The position numbers and the translations under genes were made by a program. The notes under the pieces were generated by a model. That model was not told the DNA's origin. It ran no database searches and saw only the letters and a list, made by a program, of their open reading frames with translations. 64,000 bases of DNA, taken from assembly GCF_006345805.1 (NCBI RefSeq), contig NC_043001.1, positions 112,282,001 through 112,346,000 on the forward strand, in the 5' to 3' direction. Below, in pieces: positions 1-13,509 of this stretch (its first letter is position 1; every line of letters starts with the position of its first letter). Source of the stretch: Octopus sinensis. Lineage: Eukaryota.

Positions 1-172
1 AGGAAGTAAGATTGAGAGAAAGTTGCGGTGAAAGAGTACAGCAGGGATCACCACCATCCCCTGCTGGAGCCTCGTGGAGCTTTAGGTGCTTTCGCTTAAT
101 AAACACTCACAACGCCCGGTCTGGGAATCGAAACCGCGATCCTGCGACCGCGAGTCCGCTGCCCTAACCACT
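1..172 (-). mobile_element. tRNA-derived SINE family D, partial (runs off window edge)
   Basis: Reverse complement reads AGTGGTTAGGGCAGCGGACTCGCGG...GGTTTCGATTCCCAGACCGGGCG (A/B-box-like head) and matches the copy at 48551-48929. Confidence 0.85.
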
Positions 173-571
173 AATCAACATAAGTATGCATATATATATA
201 TATTTACTCACTCCAATCCTGATATTTATTGCAGTATTATCGTGGCATGATTTGATCTGTCGATCTGTGAATATGTTCAACCTCCTACCATGTGGTTGAG
301 ATGAATAAAAGAATAAAAGAATGTATATATATATGTCTGTCGTAGGTCAACCGACACGTTGAAATGCAACTCTCTTTTGGAAAGTTCTACCCGGATGAAA
401 TACCTAATTAACCAGTTTCAAAATGAAAATTTAATTTAATTTAATATAATATAATTTAATTTAATTTCTGTAATTGAAGTAATTGGATATGAAAAAGGCT
501 GTAGGACGGGAATTTCATTATATGAATATCTTTAGATAAACTGTCTGCATGTCAACTTTGTCCATTTTCTT

Positions 572-607
<36 letters not shown>

Positions 608-611
608 TATA

Positions 612-980
612 TTAATAATAAAATAAAACATTGCATATATATAAACATATATGTACGTACCTACCTCTACATGTACATATACACGCATATATGAGTACAG
701 ACAACCAAAGGGGACGTCGAACACAAAGAGAACGAAAACATAGACACAACCAACAACTGGACATTTTTTTCACAAACCAAAAATAGAGTACAGGACAATT
801 AACACAAAAAAAAACCCCTTCTTCAGTCGCATGGTTCATCTACTCTACTTTTCGAAGGATAAAAGCGAGAGACGTATCTTCGACAAAAACTTCCTTCCTG
901 CGAAAAGCAATCAATTAAATTCTGAGATCTTTTCGCAGAGGGGTAAAAATGGTACAAAAACAATGCTTCGAGACGCGTGC
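612..980. repeat. Dispersed (TA)n-associated repeat, foldback family, probably Penelope-derived
   Basis: Clear reverse-complement similarity to 42105-42480; related to 27720-27850, 42510-42690 and 47325-47643. Confidence 0.7.
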
Positions 981-1211
981 TTATAGTGATGAATTTAATG
1001 TGGTTATTAACAATTTAAGTCTATTTTTTCTTTGCCCTGTTTATAAGATGTTTATAATTTAGCCTTAAAGGTATTTTTTAATATGCTGGCCATTGATAAA
1101 ATTTTTTTCGAAAATTTAATCATATATTAGATGTCTTAGAATTTTATTTTATATATATATATATATAATATATATATATATAATATATATATATATATTA
1201 TATATATATAT

Positions 1212-1375
1212 ATGTATAGTATAAATGCAAAAATGGAACAAGACCGCAAAGCATCCAGACTGGTGATACAAAAAAGGGACAACAAAACATCCCGACAGAC
1301 GATACAAAGAAAGCAAGGACGGGTCATTTGGATATTTCTTTCCTCAGTCGAGTTCCAGATTATCTTTGCAATTTC
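1212..1375 (-). repeat. Dispersed repeat related to 49620-49930
   Basis: Shared blocks CCGAAATT..GAT(A/G)ATC(T/C)GG..CT(C/T)GACTGA(G/A)GA and GTCC..G....TTGTATCGTC. Confidence 0.55.
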
Positions 1376-1445
1376 GGTTGGTTATACTACATACATATAT
1401 ATATATGTGTGTGTCTGTGTGTGTGTATACATACATATATGTATA

Positions 1446-1784
<339 letters not shown>

Positions 1785-1899
1785 CGTTTAGGTGCTGTAG
1801 ATGAGTTCAGTAAAAATTTATATACAGATGAATATGACACTAAGTAGAGACACCAGAATTTAGTACGGTATTATCCAAACAATTTTCAAAATAGGTGAT

Positions 1900-2088
1900 T
1901 AAAATCAATATATACAACAAGGATATACAGAGGGAATGCAGTACGATCGTTTCACGCAATTCCATTTAATTGAACAATGTAAACATTACATCAATTTAAA
2001 TGCAGACCAATCTTCTGCTGCACAAGGACATAGAATTTAATTAAATTAAAACAGATGGACACATTAGTATAATTTTACTTAAAATCTC
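1900..2088 (-). repeat. Dispersed repeat carrying a degenerate hammerhead-like motif (second copy at 60330-60500)
   Basis: Alignable to 60330-60500; minus strand TGCAG-CAGAAGA...GAAACGATCGT-A-CTGCA at 1937-2022. Confidence 0.7.
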
Positions 2089-2429
2089 TTTGATATATAT
2101 GCACACACACATGCACACACACACACACACACACACATATATAAATACATATATATATATATATTTATATATAACCTTTCTCCTTTATGGCAGGGCCTGA
2201 AATTTGTGGGGAAAGGACTTATCAATTACATCGATCCGCCAACTCGTCGCCTTCGCTACATACATACATACATACATACATACATAATTCACACATGCAT
2301 ATACACGCACACACACACACACACATACACACACACATACCCTCCCCCCACACACACACTAGGGAAGGAAGGAAGGAAGGAAAGAGCCGAGGTGGGGGTA
2401 ACTTTAGTAAATTGTCTTTGTGCCGGTAT

Positions 2430-3190
2430 TTATTGTTAAGTATGCAGTAATGTAACTCTCCACTGTTGCAAAATCTTGAGATACTTTTTGCGTTTGAGGA
2501 GTGTCGAGGTCCTTCGATTAATGCTGGAAAAGGTCTGTGTGAGATTTTGAGTTTTAAGGATAGATTATAAGTGAAATCTGTTGAAGATAAAATGTAGGAT
2601 AGGTTGGGAAAATTAAGAGATTTGGCAATGGGTGTGGTTACCAGTAGAGCGAAATAGGGTGTTCCAAAGTATTCTTCTTTCTTTCTGTATCTAGGATTGG
2701 AGTGTTTGCTCGTTGCGGTGAATTTTATTTTAAGCCGTTGTTGTAGGTTTGTGTGTGACTGTTGAAGCAATTTTTCTCTATAACCCTTTCGAATATGTTC
2801 GAGATAAGTGGTATTACTGGAGGAATTTCTGATTGTCGAGTTTAGGTTTCGTTTTATGTTATTATATTTATTTATTTTTTTTGTTATAAAGATATGCACG
2901 TCGAGCGATGTCATGATTTAGAGTAACATTTAGAGTAAATCCTCTCATAGTTTTAGTGTCCATTGCTAATTTCAAATTGTTTCAGAATTTATTAGTGGTT
3001 CAAGGGCTAATATCTTTGAGGATCAGGAATCCATCGTCTCTGTAAAGGCCGCTGTTGATGTATAGAAATTCAGAAATTATGTTGTGCAATAGGAAAAGGC
3101 CCACAAGGTCATTTAGCTTGAGAGAATCAAAGGCACTTGTCCTGACGTCAAGAGATTCGTTACTATTATTTTTATCTAGACGTCAAATGA
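2430..3190 (-). pseudogene. Decayed Penelope-like element RT/linker fragment
   Basis: Minus strand encodes ..DLVGLFLLHNI..GLYRDDG (3029-3049), then a linker (RKKEEYFGTPYF..AKSL..) resembling PLE RT-to-GIY-YIG sequence; broken by stops and frameshifts. Confidence 0.65.
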
Positions 3191-3489
3191 AAGTAGGATT
3201 CATCGATGCGTATCCACACTGCCATGCGCACGCTTATTTACGCTTAAATACACAACTTATATGTATGTACATGTTTGTATATGTGTTTATGCACATTCAT
3301 AAATGTACGTGTACGAGGTGTATGTATGCATTTGTGCATGTCAATGTTGCATATATGCTCACGCATCAATGCTCAGGCACACAATATGCATGTTCCTGTG
3401 TAGTGTGTAGTGTGTAGTGTGTATGTACCTGAATGTATACTGTATGTGTATATCGACACATAGATGTATATATCCGTTTCCTCGTACAT

Positions 3490-3857
3490 CTGTGATTTTC
3501 AGTGCGAATGTGTCCAAACACAGTTCATCTATATCAACCCGTCTCTCTCTAATTTACTCTTCCTTTCACATACAAGCATTCTACCTCACGGACATCAATC
3601 GTTTATTCGAACAGAATTCTCCATAGACGATATCATCTCTCTCAATAAAACTCTTTCTTCCACACTTATTGACCCTATTGATATCCCAATGAAGACTACT
3701 TTAGCCGAAACTTTAATTCAGTCACACCTTAAATTCCTTCTCACATAATAATAACTTTTACATTCCTCTTAATGGACAAATTACCATTCATGTAAATCTA
3801 TACAAACTATATTCATCTATACCTTTCATTACCAAAGTTATCTGTTGTCTAAACTAC

Positions 3858-3892
<35 letters not shown>

Positions 3893-4060
3893 ACGTATTC
3901 AGAAACATACAGGATACAAAATCAGATAAAAATATATAAAAACAGAAGCAAAAACATTGCAGGACTCATCCACCTCACACTACACGTCACCCAGACATTT
4001 CCAAGCTAAACCTATGACCTATAAATACGACACCAAATTCTCAACCCTTCATTAGACAAG
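3490..4060 (+). pseudogene. Possible Penelope-like N-terminal ORF remnant
   Basis: Coding-like LLFLSHTSILPHGHQSFIRTEFS..LNKTLSSTL next to the PLE RT remnant; no catalytic motif seen. Confidence 0.3.
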
Positions 4061-4112
4061 TGAAAGCCGCTGGTCAGTGATTGTGAGCAATTGACGCTGT
4101 CAATTGCCACAA

Positions 4113-4432
4113 TATATATCACATTATTGCTGGTGCTCCAGCATGCCCACAACACCTGATTGACACCACTAAAGATATACTGGCATACATACACACACAC
4201 ACACACCACACACACACACACACACACACGCACATATATATATATATATACATACACACATATATGCATGCATATATATATATATATTGTATGTGTACAT
4301 GTATATATAAATCTGTACTTGCACATGAGTATATGTATATATATGTGTATGTGTGTGTGTGTGTTATGCTTTTACTGGTGTCAGTCGGGTGCTGTGTGCA
4401 GGCTGGTGCACCACCATTAATGTGGTATATAT
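4113..4432. repeat. Imperfect ~65 bp inverted repeats flanking a (CA)/(TA)/(TG) spacer (MITE-like)
   Basis: 4113-4178 is the degenerate reverse complement of 4365-4432. Confidence 0.65.
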
Positions 4433-4497
4433 AATATATATATATGTAGATATATATATATATATATATAGATATATATATATATATATATTATGTA

Positions 4498-4569
<72 letters not shown>

Positions 4570-4691
4570 TATATATATATATATATATACACACATACAG
4601 ACGCATATATATATATATACATATACATATATATATATATATACACACACACATGTATATACATACATATACATATAGATACATACATACA

Positions 4692-4786
<95 letters not shown>
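4430..4786. repeat. (TA)n microsatellite with (CA) interruptions
   Basis: Direct reading. Confidence 0.97.
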
Positions 4787-4788
<2 letters not shown>

Positions 4789-5367
4789 TAGAGAGAGAAG
4801 TTAGGGAGAGAGGGAGAAAGAGAAGGAGGAAGAGACAGAAGGAAAGAGAAAAAGAGCGAGACAGACAAACTGAATAGCCAAAACAAACTGACATACAGAC
4901 AGACGGATAGATGCATAAACAAACAGATGCTGAACTATAATGGAGGTGTTTTGAATAGAATGAAAGAATAGGCAGATATATGGTTCGGTTGAGGAGTTTT
5001 CAGAGACCTTTGTCATAAAGGAATTCCAGGATGAAGTAAACAACCCACGCTGTTAATGGTTATTACTCATGAATACCTGCCCCCTATTTTTGTAGGGCTT
5101 ATTTTACTGTCTTCTCAATTCCTCTCGTGTGTTCTTCGTCGTGTATGGTGTGTATGTGTGCGTCCGTGTACGTATGTGTGTGAGTGTGCGTGTGTGTGTG
5201 CGTGCGTGTGTATGTGTGTATATGTGTGTATACGTGTTTTCGTGTATGTAAAATCATGTGTGTGCATTAATGTTTTCATTTATATATGTATATGTATATA
5301 TTTGTACCTATGCGTATTAGTATCTATGTGTTTATGCATTTGCGTGTACCTGTGTATGATATGGATG

Positions 5368-5435
<68 letters not shown>

Positions 5436-5560
5436 CGTGCGTGTGTGCGTGCGTCTGTGTGTGTATAGGTATGTACATACGCGTGAGTGTATATGTAAGC
5501 ACAGGTGTGCACTCACACGCGCACACACATGTATATATATACACACACATATATATATAC

Positions 5561-5930
5561 GCGCAGACGTGGCTGTCTGATAAGAAGCTTGCTTCCCAAC
5601 CACATGGTTCCGGGTTCAGTCGAACTACGTGGTACCTTGGGCGAGGGTCTTTTACTATAGCTTCGGGCCAACCAAAGCCTTGTGAGTGGATTTAGTTGAC
5701 GGAAACTGAAAGAAGCCCATTCATATATTTATTTATATAAATGTATATATCTATGTATGTATGCCTTTGTGTCTCTGTTTAACACCCATCACCATTTGAC
5801 TAGCGGCGTTGTTGTGTTTACGTGCCTGTAACCTAGCGGTTCGACAAAAGAGACCGATAGAATAAGTACTAGGCTTATTCCATCGACTCAAATTCCCGTT
5901 TAGGTGATGCTCCAGTATGGCTATTTGACC
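5561..5930 (+). mobile_element. SINE family A (tRNA head, CORE-like box, internal microsatellite), diverged copy
   Basis: GCGCAGACGTGGCTGTCTG..CCACATGGTTCCGGGTTCAGTC..CCTTGGGCGAG..GACGGAAACTGAAAGAAGCC..GAGACCGATAGAATAAGTAC. Confidence 0.85.
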
Positions 5931-6117
5931 GCGTGTGTATCGTTGGCGATTTTTTCCCTCCGTCTTCCCTTCCTCTTCCTATGTTTTTGACGAAGAGCTC
6001 CGCTCGGAACGTTAAATCCCCCTTCTTTCTTTCCTTTCCTGAGCGTCCAATAACACTATACTTGTTCCATATCCTCGCATTGTGTTTTTCTCTTCGCGTT
6101 TTCATATTTGGATTAAC

Positions 6118-6158
<41 letters not shown>

Positions 6159-6375
6159 TGATAGATAGATAAATAGCAGACAGACAGACAGACAGACAGA
6201 TAGATAGATAGTGAGTGAGTGATTAAATATATATTTGTACGTATATATGTGCATATATGTGTGTGTTCGAATGTGTATGTCCGTGAGATTTTGTTCTTCG
6301 CAGTCATCTTTGCAGTCAAACACTTCTGTCTTCTTTCTCTTGCGATTCAGTTTTCCCTTCTCTCTTTTGCTTCCC

Positions 6376-6377
<2 letters not shown>

Positions 6378-6453
<76 letters not shown>

Positions 6454-6455
6454 GC

Positions 6456-6531
<76 letters not shown>

Positions 6532-6660
6532 ATATATATATATCTTTCTGTCTATCTGTCTGTCTGTTTGTTTGTCTATCTGTCTGTCGGTCTGTCTATC
6601 CATCTATCTGTCTGTCAGTTGTCTGTCTGTATATTTGTTTGTCTGTCTGTCTGTCTATCT
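6378..6660. repeat. (TATC)n grading into (TGTC)n
   Basis: Direct reading. Confidence 0.97.
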
Positions 6661-6693
6661 ACCTGTGTGTCTCATCTACATGCTTACCTTTCT

Positions 6694-6729
<36 letters not shown>

Positions 6730-7179
6730 ACTCTACCTCCTCCTCTCTTTCTCTTTCATATTCAACATATGTCACTTTTATATATATTTCTATTTCAATA
6801 ATTGGATATTTAGATTTCGTTCTTCTTAAACATTCTTCTCTTTTCTGTTCTCCTTCATTCTTTCTTTCGTTTTTATTCGTTTTCATTCTCTTTCTTTTAT
6901 GTACTTCTTTCCTTGTTTGTTCGTTTTATATAAATTTCATTCTTCATTCTTTTTTACTGGTTCATTCATTCATCTACGTATCCACCTTTCTCCCTCAATA
7001 TTTTATTCTTTCATTCTCTCATTCATCGTTTTATTTATTGGTTCCAATATATGTTTGTTAGTTTATTTTTTCTGTTATCTTTCATTCAATTCCTTATTGC
7101 CCCATTCCATCATTCGTTCGTACATTTGTTTCATTTTCCTCCAAAATTACGTTTCCTTCTAAGAAACACACACACAAAA

Positions 7180-7393
7180 AAAAACCATTAGATTCACTTC
7201 AACATTTAAATTTAATTTGTCAAAATATTTTCGTCTCTTTTAGACCGCGACCTGTTCATTGACAAAATTCCGGGCTGCATCATATGCAGCACGAAATTTT
7301 GTCATTGAACAGGTCGAAATATTTTGTCAGTGAAAACGACGAAAATATTTTGACAAATTAAATTTAAATGTTGAAGTGAATCTAACGGTTTTT
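7180..7393. mobile_element. ~210 bp foldback/MITE-like hairpin
   Basis: AAAACCATTAGATTCACTTCAACATTTAAATTTAATTTGTCAAAATATTTTCGTC pairs with GACGAAAATATTTTGACAAATTAAATTTAAATGTTGAAGTGAATCTAACGGTTTT; inner stem CGACCTGTTCA..GCTGCAT-CAT-ATGCAGC..TGAACAGGTCG. Confidence 0.8.
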
Positions 7394-8122
7394 GTGCGTT
7401 TCTCAAATGGCTTATAAACACCTTCCACGCTGCAATTGTTTTCGTTCCAGCACACGATCTCAGATCAGGTCACTTGCAATGCAAATACATCTCCGTTTCC
7501 TTCTGTTTTTTTTTTATTCTTACGTTTTGTTTTTCATTCTTCACATCCTGCATTCTCATTCGTTAGGACAAAATGTATGCGTTTGGCTTCCTTTCATCAT
7601 TATGCTCTTTCAATAATTCTTTCATTGTTTATTTCTTTCAATTGCAATTAATTTATCTTCATCATTTACTTGTTCCACCAGTACCTTTTTGTAATGCCGG
7701 TACTTATTCTATAGACTACTTATCCTTATACCATATCGCTAAGTTACGAGGGTGTAAAGACACCAACACCGGTTGTAGTGGGAGACAGACATAGATAGAT
7801 ACACACATACACATACACACACTCACACATACACGTACACACCACACACACGCATATATGTGTGTAATATATATTTTGCATATATGTGTCTGTATATTTA
7901 TGTAGTCATGTACCAACGCCTGTATGTTTAGAGCATATATGTGTATATAGGTAGTTTGGTATGTGTATATATTGCTAAATGTATATGTATTTTAGCGTGA
8001 AAGTTTTTTTAAAGGATATATCTTTTAATTTATTCAAATTTATTAAATTTATTATTATTATTTTTTACCACTAATTATTTATCCTGAGTGTTCAGGTCTT
8101 TTTCCTTCTACACAACTCTCTC

Positions 8123-8534
8123 TTTTACTCTTTTACTTGTTTCAGTCATTTGACTGCGGCCATGCTGGAGCACCGCCTTTATTCGAGCAAATCGACCCCA
8201 GGACTTATTCTTTGTAAGCTCAGTACTTATTCTATCGGTCTCTTTTGCCGAACCGCTAAGTGACGGGGACATAAACACACCAGCATCGGTTGTCAAGCAG
8301 TGCTAGAGGGACAAACACAGACACACAAACACACACACATACACACATATATATATATATACATATATACGACAGGCTTCTTTCAGTTTCCGTCTACCAA
8401 ATCCACTCACAAGGCATTGGTCGGCCCGAGGCTATAGTAGAAGACACTTGCCCAAGATGCCACGCAGTGGGACTGAACCCGGAACCATGTGGTTGGTTAG
8501 CAAGCTACTTACCACACAGCCACTCCTGCGCCTA
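8123..8534 (-). mobile_element. SINE family A, full length
   Basis: Head GGCGCAGGAGTGGCTGTGTGG, internal (TA)/(TG), tail GACTGAAACAAGTAAAAGAGTAAAAG; very similar to copies at 56.1, 57.2 and 58.3 kb. Confidence 0.92.
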
Positions 8535-8802
8535 TAAGCTATTTTTGATTTAAGGTTTCCATCGATTTTCATAGTAATATGATTTTAAACCGCAACTGTA
8601 ATTTCATGCAACCGGTCATTGAAAAGACCGTTAGTTGAAAGGACCAATGAAACAAAACCATTTTGAAATGTGTATCTATCAAACTAATTCTACATTTATG
8701 CATATAACCTTATTTTGTTCCATTCTAAACAAAACTGTCCGACAACGGCAATGTGAAACTGAATAACAGTTTTGCTGATACTTTTGCTGCTTTTTAATAA
8801 TG

Positions 8803-8950
8803 GGTTTCTTTCAGTTTCTGATTACGAAATCCACTCACAAGGCTTTGGTCCACAAGGCTATAGTAAAAAAATATTTTCCCTAAGTGTCACGCAGCAGGAC
8901 CGAACCCTGGACCATGTGGCTGGGAAGCAAGCTTCTTATTGCACGACCAC
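8803..8950 (-). mobile_element. SINE family A 5' fragment, diverged
   Basis: TTTCAGTTTC..AATCCACTCACAAGGCTTTGGTC..GACCATGTGGCTGGGAAGCAAGC. Confidence 0.7.
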
Positions 8951-10354
8951 GCTATCATCTGTATTTGCTTGCTTTTCTTTCATTCTTCTGTCTTGTCCGT
9001 TGTTCATTTTTTTTTTCTCTATTTTTCTTTGGCATCTTCTCTTTCTTGCAATTCGATTTCAAAATTCAAGCATTTAATCCCACCAAATATTATGTAGAAA
9101 TGGATCTTCTCCCTTAGTAACAAGCCACCAGGGAACACCAAATGTGTTTTGTGTGTCGGTTTATGACATTTTCAGTTACTTTTATTCATATTGTTTTTAC
9201 TATTTATCTCCAGGCCAATCTGATCAAATTGAGTTATGATCGATGACGTTACATCCATGACCATCCCATCTTTCTAAGATTATCTACTTCTACATTATCC
9301 CTTGAATCCTTCCACGTTTTTATACATCTAAAACGTGAGTTAATGAAAATTTGACTTCTATTCTGATCACATCAAACTCTTCCTCTCCTGCATCTCGCGC
9401 AGAATACCATTCATTTTCTTTCACAATGGTTCTATTCTAAGATGTTTTGTAACATGCAATGTCGAACGAAATATGCAAAACAATTTCAAAACAATTTCCC
9501 GGCTAAAATTGTACAATTTTTGTTGGAGCAAATTAATGGCTTTCAGAATAATAGAATATTACATCTCACCTGGCGGTTGAATCTGTGATTTTACAGCAAA
9601 AGTTATTAATATGCATGCATGCATGCACACACACACACATAGACACGTAGACACTCACACAGCACACACAACACACACATACACACATACAGAACACACA
9701 CGTGCGCACACAACACACGCATACACACAACTCACACGCACACGCACGTATCACAGACTGTGTATCAATCGCTACTGTTAGTTATTAGAAACCCATAGGA
9801 GGAAACATGCTTCTGGATCTGTAAAGAAATTTAGAAGTTTACTTCCCACGAACAAGGTTCTGTGACATTTTGGGAAAGTGTACCACACAGCCACTCCTGC
9901 GCCTAGCTACTTACCACACATATATCTATGCAAGGAGAGTGGAATGAGCGAAGTCCAAGGCTAAAACCCGAAGTTATATGTATATATGTATGTATATATG
10001 TTTTTTATGTATGTATGGTCCAAAATAAAATTTGTAGATTGATTCCATTGTCAGATGAAACGAACCCCTGTCTTAAAGAAAAGATCTTGCATCTGAGGTG
10101 TTGACATAAAGAAATTCACAGATGGAATCAGAAAAAGCTGTTGGATTTGTAATACTTTTCTTGATATCATTTCTATTCTGGGTCAGACTTTTTTGTATGC
10201 AAACATACATACACTTTTTGCATTTCATGTATTTAATATACATTGTATATTGACATACCTGACTTTTGCTTCTCTACCCGCTCATGTTTAAACCTATTGA
10301 GCACTACTAACTGTATTCTATATGGAGAATATCTGATTCTGGCATTCGCCATGA

Positions 10355-10540
10355 TAGATCGCTAGCCACTACACATTCTTTATTTTCTCTCCTTGTTTCT
10401 TTCTGCGTTCCTTTCTGTGGAAGAGCATAGGCTCGAAACGTTAAAGACTTTTTCTCTTCCCGAGCATTATACTAATATATCTGTTTGTTGTCTACACCAC
10501 CTGTCTTCGTCATTTTTTTGTGAATTCTCCCTATATATAA
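10355..10540 (+). repeat. Dispersed repeat with variant hammerhead-like motif (second copy at 47890-48080)
   Basis: CTTT-CTGTGGAA-GAGC ATAG GCTC-GAAACGT-T-AAAG at 10411-10446; flanks align to 47890-48080. Confidence 0.7.
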
Positions 10541-10639
10541 GTGAAAGGGGTACAGTGAACTTGCCATGATGAGAGAAATAGCCAACGTCAATCATGACTA
10601 AATACTGCTCAAACGATACTCCTTTACTGCACTCAGTAT

Positions 10640-12030
<1,391 letters not shown>

Positions 12031-12046
12031 CTGCCTTAATAGTAAT

Positions 12047-12637
12047 CATTTCAAAAAATTGCCACAAGAGCAATTTTGGGGAAATAGGAATGAGTCGATT
12101 ACATCAACCCCAGTGTTAAACTGGTGCTTACTTTATCGATCCCGAAAGGATGAAAGGCAAAGTCGACCTCGGTGGAATTTGAACTCAGAACATAGTGACA
12201 GGCGAAATACCTATTTCTTTACTACTCACAAGGGGCTAAACACAGAGAGGACAAACAAGGATAGACAAACGGATTAAGTCGATTACATCGACTCCAGTGC
12301 GTAACTGGTACTTAAATTATCGACCCCGAAAGGATGAAAAGCAAAGTCGACCTCGGCGGAATTTGAACTCACGACTTAGCGGCAGACGAAATACCTATTT
12401 CTGTTTCTTTACTACCCACAAGGGGCTAAACACAGAGGAGACAAACAAAGACAGACAAACGGATTAAGTTGATTATATTGACGCCAGTGCGTAGCTGGTA
12501 CTTGTTTAATCGACCCCGAAAGAATGAAAGGCAAAGTCGACCTCGGCAGAATTTGAACTCAGAACGTAGTAACAGGCGAAATACCGCTAAGCATTTCGTC
12601 TAGCGTGCTAACGATTCTGCTAGCTCGCCGCCTTCCT
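12047..12637 (-). mobile_element. SINE family B concatemer (head + 3 units)
   Basis: Head at ~12590-12635, two ~185 bp linker-containing units, last unit with a different tail; imperfect flanking repeat CTTAATAG(T/C)AAT at 12035-12046 and 12638-12649. Confidence 0.88.
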
Positions 12638-12871
12638 CTTAATAGCAATAATAATAACAACATTAATTCTTTCAATAATTTTGCAGGAGGTCAGCAATCT
12701 CCTTGGTAGGGGGTAAATCGATTATATTGATCCCAATGCTCAACCGGTACTTTATTCTATCGACCCCGAAAGGATGAAAGGTAAGGTCGACTTTGGCGGG
12801 ATTTGACCTCAGAACGTAAAGCGTAAGATCATACATATACCGCCACTCCACCGCCCTACCTAACAGTCGTA

Positions 12872-12934
12872 GCAGTAATAATAATAATAATGATGATGAT
12901 GATAGTAATAATAATAATAATAATACTAATAATG

Positions 12935-12993
<59 letters not shown>

Positions 12994-13018
12994 GATAATA
13001 ATAATAATAATGATGATG

Positions 13019-13087
<69 letters not shown>

Positions 13088-13090
13088 TTA
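12872..13090. repeat. (AAT)n microsatellite
   Basis: Direct reading. Confidence 0.97.
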
Positions 13091-13349
13091 ATCGCAATAA
13101 AAATGGATAATATTCATAATCTTATCTTAACCTTTGACAACAAGTTATTATTGGTGTTGCTAATTCCGATGGTTTGTTTGTACTTTTTAAAATCTTTTAT
13201 CGTGTTTCTTTAGTTTGTCTTTTTCCCATGTTAGTGTTGCTGTTTTATACGCTGATATATTTATTTATATATTTATTTATTTGTTGTTGTTTTGTTTTTG
13301 CAGTTGCTGCCTTTATTTATTCCTTTATTTTACGTCTTTTATTCCTTTG

Positions 13350-13498
13350 TCAAGGTCCTCTTATATATTGTGGCACAAAAGACGGACTTCGTTTCAAAAA
13401 CATGTTTGCCAGAATCCCGCCTGAATCACGAATATCATCAATTGGTTTATTACAGACATCTAACGGCATGTGAAGATCAAAAACACCGCCGGGAATTC
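13350..13498 (-). CDS. Candidate phase-1 terminal coding exon, unknown product (GIPGGVFDLHMPLDVCNKPIDDIRDSGGILANMFLKRSPSFVPQYIRGP*)
   Basis: Acceptor CTTCTTTTACACGATCAG after a very long pyrimidine tract, one open frame to TGA, several AATAAA just downstream; no homology recognised. Confidence 0.3.
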
Positions 13499-13509
13499 CT
13501 GATCGTGTA

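Noticed and set aside
12100-12640. Regularly spaced repeats resembling a CRISPR array
   Set aside because: The units are ~185 bp SINE modules without unique spacers, in eukaryotic DNA with no cas genes.
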